Source: Octopus vulgaris
Lineage: Eukaryota
Direction: 5' to 3'
Assembly: GCA_951406725.2 (NCBI GenBank)
Contig: OX597816.1
Location: forward strand, 103,788,001-103,852,000
Length of the DNA: 64,000 nucleotides
Both the position numbers and the translations under genes were made by a program. The notes beneath the pieces were generated by a model, which did no database searches, was not told where the DNA came from, and worked only from the letters and a program-made list of their open reading frames with translations. Within the stretch, counting starts at the first letter, position 1. Each line of letters begins with the position of its first letter. This document shows, one piece after another, positions 54,288 to 64,000 of the stretch.

Positions 54288-55566
54288 TTGGGTTGGCAAC
54301 TAAATTTCTGCGGTTTTTTTAAATTTAAATTTTTTAAAAGGTTTAATAAAAAATAAAAACTAATTCATCTATAATGTATTCACCCTTGTTGTTTACAACT
54401 TCTTCCCAATGTTCAACAAGATTTTCAATACCTCGTTGGTAGAAATCACCCGATTTTGACTCGAAAAATTGATCCAACCAAGCTCTCAATTCTGCATCAG
54501 TATTGAATGAAACTCCGTGCATAGCATTTGAAAGAGGTGGAAATCCATTGGTGCCAAATCAGGAGAGTACGGCAAGGGTGTGGCATCACTTCCCAGCCAT
54601 ACGTTTGAATGACTTCCTTGGTCATATTGGCGATATGAGGGCGGGCGTTGTCGTGCAGCAGAAGAACTCCATGCTGCCGATTAGGTCTTTTCTCTTGAAT
54701 AGCCATGTTGAGTCGTTCCATCTGTTGAACATAGAGTTTCGCGTTGACCGTTAGGTTCCGTTCAAGCAATTCATAATGGATAATCCCTTCCCAGTCCCAC
54801 CATACGCGCAACATCGTTTTATGTGGATGAAGATCTTGTTTCACACGCGATGTCGCTTGTTTACCGGGGCTAAGCCATTCCTTACACTGCTTCATATTGA
54901 TGTACAGGCACCATTTTCCGTCACCAGTAATGATTCAGTAAAGAAATCGTTGCTTGTGTCCATGAGTTGAGCAGTGATGAGCAAGCAAACCAGTAGAGAT
55001 TGTGGCTCATTGATTTATGTTGTCACTTAAAGCATGCAGAACCCACGCACCATACTTCTGGACCTTTCCTATCGAGTGAAGATGCTTCTCTATAGTAGTG
55101 TGGGAGCATTCCATTTCCTCTGCCAGTTCCCTTGTCATTTGACGAGAATTTTCGTGCAAAAGTTGGTTTCATCGCACTTCATAAACTCAAGTGGACAGCC
55201 AGAACGAGGTGCATCTTTGAGGTCAAAATTTCCATTTTTGAACTTGGCATACCAATCATGAGCAGTTCTTTCAGCTATGGCACCCTCTCCATACATAGCA
55301 CAAATATCGCGAGCAGCTTTTGCAACCTTAGAACCTTGATTAAGAGCAAAAAGGAGGTGTTGAAAATGCTCGTTTTTCTTAACTTGACATTCCATTTTAA
55401 TGATCTGAAAATAAACAAAAATGAACTAAAATTAACTAGAACAAAAACAAAATAGATTCCAAAATGATTCAAAAATAGAATTCATGATAAAAATAGATTG
55501 CAAAATTTAAAAACGTAATAAATTCCAAAATTTAAAAAAACAGCGGGAACTTAGTTGCCAATCCAA
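54288..55566 (-). mobile_element. Full-length decayed mariner transposon with mellifera-like TIRs
   Basis: TA-flanked TIRs ttgggttggcaactaa / ttagttgccaatccaa. Fragments: DAPRSG.P, WVLHAL (WVPHEL-like), ITGDGKW, MLRVWWDWEGIIHYELL, LHDNARPH. Confidence 0.92.
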
Positions 55567-57692
55567 TACATACATACATACATGCATAAGTACATGCATG
55601 TATGTATCAACTATGGTTGATACATACATACTTACTCTTGAACAGTTGTAAATCAACAGAAGAATGAAAACCATGTCTGTGAAAGGAATTCCAGAGAACA
55701 GTTGTTCTGGTAAGAAAGGACTGGGAAGTGTTTTTAGTGTTGGGTGGGTGAGGTTGACATAATTTGAATGAAATAGGAAGAAGAGATGATTGAATGAAAA
55801 GAGCACAAGTGGCGGTGGCATGAGAACAGCTAGCTTCAAGGAACTATAGTAGTGGTACAAGGGGAAAAGAGCGGAGCTGGAAGTTGGAGTCACTGTACTA
55901 AGTTAGGTGTGATGTGGGACTCAACAACAACAGTCACTATAACAACAGAAATCACTAGTAGGAATGTATGGTATTTCTGAGCTAATAATGATATTCAATC
56001 CAAGCATCCATTAGGATAAAACTCCTCCTTTCAACTTTTTCCATTCCGCATCTGTCAGGGCCCTTTTATTGACACCTTTTATCTAGTCTTGATTGGATTA
56101 CACTTGAGATGTTAGTGTCAACAGTAGCACTTAGCACTAATTCTGCTTCCACTGATAGCTTTCAGTCTCTTTGATGATCATTTCAGCTAGACTTCTTTCA
56201 ACGTAGTGTCTTCCTTTCTTTTCTCTTTTCATCTCATCTTCTCAAAGCACTGAAAGCTTCTCTATTCACCTTCATCTCAATGATTATTTGTCTCACCTTC
56301 TTGACTCTGATTTTTCACTTTACTACCAAAATTACAGCGACTGGACAATTTGTCTTATCCTTCTATTCATGTTGTGCTGTTCTGCTTATACATGATATCA
56401 CATTTTCTCTTGACATATAAATTAAATGGATATTATTTTTGGTCTTTCTACTTCCGCTTCTCTGCCTCCTTGTCTTTATTTTCTCTTGAATCTATTTGTT
56501 ATGGCTGTCTAAGGGCCTATTTCTGTATTTACCAATCTTATATGCTAAACATACTCTTATGTGATCAGTTGACAAAGATATCTTGCTTTCTCTCTTTTAT
56601 TTTCTCTCACTCTCTTCTCACTTTCTCTTTCATTCTTCTTACTGCTTCATCGATTGATTTCTTTCTCTTCATTTCATTTTCTTCCTCTTTGTTGTCTTTC
56701 TTTATTTCTTTCTTTCTTTCTTTCTGTCACTCACTCTCTTACTTTTTTCTTTTCTTCTGCCTTCCTTCTCATGTATGATTGACTATTTCAATTCATCTAA
56801 TAATCTAGAGGTATTTTATGGCTTGCTGTGGATAAAAGCCATGGTCAGCTTGTAAGAGCCAGTTTACAACGACATTTATAGACTCAGTCACTTTGTGTGC
56901 AACAGACATCTTGAGTTCCTGTTGTTTGTCTCACAATTTGTAGCTGTCTTTCACTCTAACCACTAACATAATGCTTTAACCTTTGGAAAAATGTATGGAA
57001 ACATCTAAATCAAAACAACTTTACATTCTTGGTACTAAACACTTCCTTTCTCAAATTACACCCTACTAGAAGTCTTCTGCACACCTTGTTTCACTTATTG
57101 ACATTAATCCCTACAAATATTTGAACTGAACATTCAACTGTATTGGCCATAAAAAGAAATATGGACACTGCTTTTCTTATTAAATTCTGAAAAATAAACA
57201 CTAAGCTTCTGGTTTCATTTGTGTCACATTCCAGGAAATAAAGTCTGTTAATTCTCAGTTTTTTCTTTTACTCTTTTTTATAATTCCTTATTTATTTGTG
57301 TTTTTAGTATAATTCTTCATCTATAAATGGATAGGTGCTTATGTAGGTTGGTTGTTTGGTTGGTTGGCGTGTTGGTTAGCAGTGTTGGCTGCAGGAAAGG
57401 CATCCAACCACTGAATGCTGTTTTTATGAACTTTGTACAAACCAAACCAGCATGGAAGAAGTGGATTTGAAAACAATAATGATGATGATGATGATGATGG
57501 TGTGGCATGAAACTTGGAGTCATAGAATGCATGAGTTATAAAGTAAAAGTGATAGTGACAATACTGTCCTACTATGTCAGGTAGTTTTACAATTTCTTTC
57601 CACTTGTATTTCCATGTAGTTAAAGTGTTAACTTTCCTCATTTCAATCTAATTAAACATTTATTTATTTATTTATTTCTATTTTACTTTTAG

Positions 57693-57744
57693 ACACCTTG
57701 CTTCTGGCCTTCTCGTAGTGGTGAACCAGAGAATACTGATTATG
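57693..57744 (+). CDS. RGS7: RGS7/RGS6-like coding exon: TPCFWPSRSGEPENTDY(A)
   Basis: ttttag acceptor and gtatgt donor; 52 bp, phase 0-1. Matches TPYFWPSNCWEPENTDY. Confidence 0.93.
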
Positions 57745-58904
57745 GTATGTATCTGTGTGCTATTTTCATGCAAATTAACTGCCATATATATATATATGAC
57801 ATGCTCTATAGTCAATTTACTTGCATAATATAATAGACACTACTCTCTGAACAAACTCTGACCATCTGTTTAAATATTAATTCCTGGAAGAAGATGTATA
57901 AAGTCTTCTTAATATAATGTTGTTAACACAATAAAAAATGAAATAGTCTCTACTTGAAGCAGTGATTGATCAGTGGCCTCTGTTCAATAGGTTTACTGAA
58001 GCTGACTTGTCCTGGGTTATTCAACATCAACTAAACAATTGACTTCTATTACAACAGTTACCAGATGATGTATGATTACTATCATTAATGATGTATGGAG
58101 GTAGCAATAGGGATTTTCAGATTTTGCAATTCAGTTTTTGTTAGGATTGGCATGTTCAACATTATTAATCTAAGTAAAAACAAAGACAATAATTTCTGCA
58201 TTTTAAAAACTTCAGTTTTTTTTTTCTTTTGGTGGGATATTAAATATGTGTTATATGAAAAAAACCTCATTCACAATCATACAGACAAATGCTTCATTGA
58301 ACAACCTAAAAATTAAAAAAACTATTTTCATTTCTTTCATGGAACATGTAGATGAAATCCTTGTTTGGCATCTTCCATTGCTCTCTGCTGAATAAGCTTG
58401 TTGTGCTATATAATTGTTCTTATTATTGTTCCAAAACACTAAACAACAGAAATTATAAGCTGTTGTCTCTAAATATTCTATGTATGCATCATATAGTGAT
58501 GTTGCTGAATTGATGAAATTAATTAAAAACTGTATCTGCAGACTGAGAAAAAGGATTCTTATTAATGGGTGGAAATATGCAAATATCAAAACATTAGCTA
58601 TTATTGCTTTATGCAAAATGCAAAAAGAAAATCCATCTCATCCTGTATGTAATATATCAATATTGTTAGTTGTCATGCCAACAAATAAGAAACATTTACC
58701 AAGCACCCTAATATAATAGTGTAGGTTCTTCAAATACACATCACAATCTACAACAATTTATCACTAAAGTTGATTTCTAACATAGATATGGTCAAGGTTA
58801 TACCTGTTGATTTCAGAAGTAATTGAACTCTGAAAATGTAGGGATGCAACTAAATGAGTAAAACAATGTAATAACAGGTATAAAAAAAAATGATAAACGT
58901 TGCC

Positions 58905-59203
58905 CTTTTCAAGCTTAGTGAGGCTCATGGGCCTGGTTTCCTGGTTTCTGTGGCGTATGTGTTCCCCATAGCTGGACGGGACGCTAGTCCATCGCAGCGT
59001 TACTCAAGAAACAGGAAGAGAGAGTGAAAGAAAGTTGTGGCGAAAGAGTACAACAGGGGTCGCCACTACCCCCTGCCGGAGCCTCGTGGAGTTTTTAGGT
59101 GTTTTCGCTCAATAAACATGCACAACGCCTGGTCTGGGAATCAAAACCGCGATCCTCCAACCACAAGTCCGCTGCCCTGACCACTGGGCTATTGCGCCTC
59201 CAC
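58905..59203 (-). mobile_element. SINE family B variant (same head, different tail from 9650-10032)
   Basis: 59007-59203 aligns with 9838-10032. The remainder differs. Confidence 0.78.
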
Positions 59204-59861
59204 AAATAACAGGTATAGCAGTTAGAAATGACACTGAAGTCAGGGGTTAACTGACATGGAGAACATTTCCTGTTTCGACTATCAGATTAATGAATGAACT
59301 CTAGTGACTTCTATAACAATTTTTTTTCCACTCTGGTTAGCTTTGGGCAGTTCTTATCATCCACAATTTCCAATCATTGGTTGATGCTTGTCCAAGATAA
59401 TATGAAGCATGATGGTTAATATGATGGACTCTCAAATAATTGGCAGATAATATGGCCAAAATATGTTAGTCTCAGTTCATACACGATGTTTAACAGACTG
59501 GAAGGATTGCCTGCTTAGTATCAATGTTTAACTAATCAAAGATTAGCGGTACAATGATTGTAAGTTTATCTGTAAAATGATCTGATAGTCAAGCCAATGA
59601 TAAAGCAGTGATGATGACTACAGAATTATTGATAACAAGGCTAACAAGGCTTTGTAAGGTTATACCCATGCAATCAGTGAGCTAGTAGAGGATAAAAATA
59701 GTGTAGCTTAATGAAGATAACAGTTAGCCAATGATAGTATTTAACGAGTTACAACTTGAAGTTTTAAGAAATCATTGTCATGGTGTTGCTGAAAAAATAA
59801 TAATTTCTCTACTTTTGTAAAGGGGGATATATGTATATTTGAGTTCATTTATCCTATTATA

Positions 59862-60195
59862 AAGGGTAAAAGGTAAAGACCCCCTTTGGTCATAAATGAC
59901 CCCGGGATTGCACCTTGAAAGTTCCCCTCCAAGGCATGAGTTCGGGCAAGGTTTATGAAAGACCAGCAGTTGCCCATATGTACCAACCTCCCCTCTCCAA
60001 GCCACCAATGTTATCCAAGAGAAAGGCATAGGTTGATACAGCTTGGCACCAGTGATGTCACAGCTCATTTCTACAGCTGAGCAACATGAAATAAAGTGTC
60101 TTGCTCAAGAAAACAACACAGCACCTGGTCTGGGAATCCAATTCACTAGCTCATGGTTGTAAACCTGATTCTCTCACCACTGAGCCATGTGCTTC
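59862..60195 (-). mobile_element. SINE family D
   Basis: Reverse complement of 25765-26080, ending in 'aaagggtaaaaggtaaag'. Confidence 0.72.
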
Positions 60196-61923
60196 TATGC
60201 CTCATTTTAACACTGGCATATATCTTAATACACCAGCAGGATTTGAAACCAGCACTAACTGACTTGAAACTTGATAATGTAATCTATTTTAATAAGACAG
60301 TCTGACAACCAGGTGTTCATTTTAACTCCTTATTTTGTCTTTAACTCCTAAATTACGAGTGAGTATTGTTTCCCAATTCTCTTATTTTCTTACAAGTGTC
60401 TTGCCCAGTACAACTCAATGACCGTAATAAAGTTTGACCTCATGCTAATATGGTTAATAATCCAGTATTAAGATTGAGGATATAATGCATGTATATATTT
60501 CTAATAACACTGTTTTATTCTCTTAGAGAATTTGAATGTAGTTTACTCAACTGCTTGTCAGTCTTTAATGAATTCTTCCACATTCTTTCATCACTGCCAA
60601 GTCATTGTCCATTATCATTGTTATAAAATAACAGTTGAAATCACTTTCCTAGGTTTAGAACCTGAGACGAGTTATGTATTTGCTAATTAACTGTTATACC
60701 ATATTAGAAATGTAATAGTAATGTAAATTTGAGTTGTAAAGTAAAGTAGTGTATAGTAAAATTCTAGTAGTAAAGGTGGAAATTATAAAATGAATAAAAA
60801 TAAACTTTTATAATTTTATAATCTTTCACACCTTTCAACCTGAATATTCTTCTACAGTTTTTCCATATGAAGTAGGTGCATTTAATATTATTTAACAGGT
60901 AATAATAATCAGGTTTTGTTGTAATTTAGATTACTTTGAAAACTTTTTGTGCATATATTTCAAATCATTGCTTTATTTCAACTTCTGGTTACTCTTCAAG
61001 AGAATAAAATAAACATATCATTGTCACCCATTGTTAGTTTTGTTTTTCTCTTTATCCTATTCAGTGTGAAATATCTTTTTCACTGAATAGGAGTGGAACT
61101 CACTTTTCTTTTTCCAATTAGTAAAACTAGAAGAAGCAGTGTTAAGTGCTATGCTCAAGAGCATAACTCAATGATAGTAATAAACTCAACTCATGATCAT
61201 GTAGCTGGTTGTCCAACACATTAACCTCTCATAGATTAAGAAAATTATACAGACTTCCTAAAAAATTCTGTTGTCAGCCTACAGTGAATTCATTATCACC
61301 AGGTAGATGCCTTAGAAAGTATTTATTGCCTTTACATACAGGACATTGCTGTACCGGTGACAAAAAAACAAAATCATTACAGAATAATGAGTAGTATAGA
61401 TATGTATTTACTCAATTCCTTGTAGTATTTAAATTGTGAAAACCTGGCAGAGATTATTACTTTCTGTCTGGAAATATTTGACTATTTTTTAATATTCTTC
61501 TGTAAGAATTGCTGTATGGAGCAAAATGGGAATTTAGACAGCAAAATAGAAGTGTTAAATGATAGTAAGTGAAACTTTGATTATGAAGTCAAGAATCTAT
61601 TGAATGTAGTTAACAACACAAGAAACTGAATTAAATGAGGTGAATAATACTGAATAATGCAACAGTTTTGTTTGTGTCTGGAAAAAAAAATTAATATGGT
61701 GTGCAGAATTAAATCTGTTCAACAGTGGATTACAAAAGCAAGAGATCAAAGGAAAAAGAAATACAATATTTGCTAATACCATATATATTCATATATAAGT
61801 TGCAGCAATAGATAATTCTCACCCCATCCTTTGTGTTTATAATATTTTAGCTTCAGCTTTTGACCCGTACATAAGACACATGTTGCTTTCTGTTTGTGTT
61901 TGAAACTTCACTCACAGTTGCTT

Positions 61924-61954
<31 letters not shown>

Positions 61955-63022
61955 GTAATAAAAAAAAAAACTAACATGTAGCTGAAATAATCCTAATCAT
62001 TGCCAATACAGTCTGGCAAAATCCTGGAACCATAGATATAGCATTGTGTTGCTATGATCTATGGCCAGAACAAACAGATTAACCAGTGCTTTTAAATCAG
62101 CATGCTTGATTGAATGATAAATATATATGCAGCATCCAAATGAACATTAGGGTTACAGATGGCCAATACAGAATTGCACGTTTATATATTTCTCTTGTGT
62201 GGAAGCCATTTTTGTTTTCTTGTGAGATGCCATCAAAATATTTTTTTTTTGCAATGACAATATTCATGTAGACATGAATATTACCAACCCACTCTGCCAT
62301 TCCAATCATCTGTTAGTGTGTGTTCATATAGGTGAATGTGAGTGTTTGTATTGCATGTTTGTGTCAGTACATGCTTCAAATTTCAAGCCCAGTACAAGGC
62401 TTGGTTGGTTAGTCTTGTGTAGTTTTCAGAATCCAATTGTTTTTTTTTTTTTGGGGGGGGGGGGTATAAAATAGAATAAAACTGCAACATATTGATAAAT
62501 ACATAATATTTGATAAACCACATTTAAATCACTTTAGACTCACTCTTGAGTAAATGAGCTAAGAACACTTTTTGTTTACTGACACAGGTTAATTTAGTAA
62601 GAAAACTATTCTGCTTAGGAGAAACATTGATCCACAATAATGCATGATGGCAGAGTATTTAAAAATCAAGAATACAATCTTGAATATGAGAGTTTCAAAA
62701 TCTTTTTTTCCTGAGTTGCTTTAAGGCATGATTATTTTTGTACATGCTACAGCATAATTCACTATCAGATATCACCAATTTATAATAAGGCTGTTGGTGT
62801 TTAGGATAACATTCAGTCATGAAAGTTCTGTTCCCAAAACTCATGCAAACAATCTAATTTGTAGATTCAACCAAATCAATTAAAAAGGAAAAGTTTCAAT
62901 GATAAAAACCAATAAAGCAAAAGAAGAAGAATTATTAGGTGCCAATGAATTGATATATCACAGTATTTATTTGTGTTATTTATGTATGACATGCTAGTAA
63001 TTTCTGAAAACCTTTCTTTCAG

Positions 63023-63164
63023 CTGTCTATTTATGCAAAAGAACCATGCAAAACAAACAGCGTTTGGAGCTTGCAGATTATGAAGCTGAGAATTTAGCGC
63101 GACTCCAGAAAATGTTTTCTCGTAAATGGGAATTTATTTTTATGCAAGCAGAAGCACAAGCTAA
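63023..63164 (+). CDS. RGS7: RGS7/RGS6-like coding exon (DHEX): (A)[46 protein letters not shown](K)
   Basis: ttctttcag acceptor and gtatgt donor; 142 bp, phase 1-2. Near-identical to the conserved R7 RGS segment. Confidence 0.96.
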
Positions 63165-64000
63165 GTATGTGAATTAAATTTTTTTAGTATTAAAAATGAT
63201 TTATATTATAACAGTGAAACCCAACAAATTAGTTGAATTTTCACTGATAAAACTCTTGTCAATTTCAAAGGTTAAATATTTCTAAGTATTGTAATTTCAA
63301 AGGAACAACTTCAAAAGGGAAGGAATAATACAATAGAACCAATTTTCTTATGTCTATTTAATAGTTCATTGACATTCTTCAATAATAAATGCCTACTGGT
63401 ATGTCTAATTGTTAGGCAGGTGGGGGACTAAAAATCAATGCAATTTAAACTAACCCTGTTTGAGGAATTGTATATACATGTGTGTAGTTTGCATGCACAT
63501 GGATACATATGAATGAATATTGTGTGTGTGTGTGTGTGTGCTCATCAGCATTGTTTAAACATTTTCTTTTTTCATGTGTGTAAGAGTGAGATGAAATTTG
63601 TTGAGGCAGATTTTCTATGGCCATATGCTATTTCCCTTTGCGAATCATCCTCTGTTTCCAAACATAGAAGTATTCCCCCTAGTCTGGGCATATTTTCACA
63701 GAAGATTGCAAAACACACACACATACTCTCTCTATCTCTCTCTATGATGTGCTTTTTTCAGCTTCCATCCATCAGATTCACTCACAAGGCTTTGTTCAGC
63801 CTGGGGCTGTAGAAGATTACACATTCCCAGTGTTGTTCATGTGATATGACATCTGCACTATCCATATGGTTTATACATTACTAAGAGCTCTAGGTTCACT
63901 GTGGGAATCAGTAATAGCAAGCCTACTCTTTGTTTCATTATTCTCTTTCTGTTGACATTGGTGTTTGTCCTCTTGTATTTCTCTTGATAAGAGTATTTCT

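Overview
AT-rich, microsatellite-dense eukaryotic DNA. The SINE and LINE families resemble those of octopus/coleoid cephalopods, which is an inference from pattern recognition. The window lies inside one + strand host gene, an R7-family regulator of G-protein signalling (RGS7/RGS6, egl-10-like). Four small coding exons (6699-6749, 39522-39628, 57693-57744, 63023-63164) splice in frame into the DEP/DHEX region across introns of about 32.8, 18.1 and 5.3 kb. The introns contain an uninterrupted RTE-type LINE endonuclease ORF running off the left edge, many RTE/RTEX, Tx1-like and R4-like LINE remnants, several tRNA-derived SINE families, full-length Tc1 and mariner copies, a deleted Helitron and MITEs. 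The most unusual signal is a set of type-I hammerhead ribozyme motifs with a minimal stem III, several with a long stem II. One at 12813-12900 has a fully canonical core and is sense to the host pre-mRNA. Almost all other ORFs in the supplied track are microsatellite or SINE artefacts. Repeat boundaries are approximate, read by eye.
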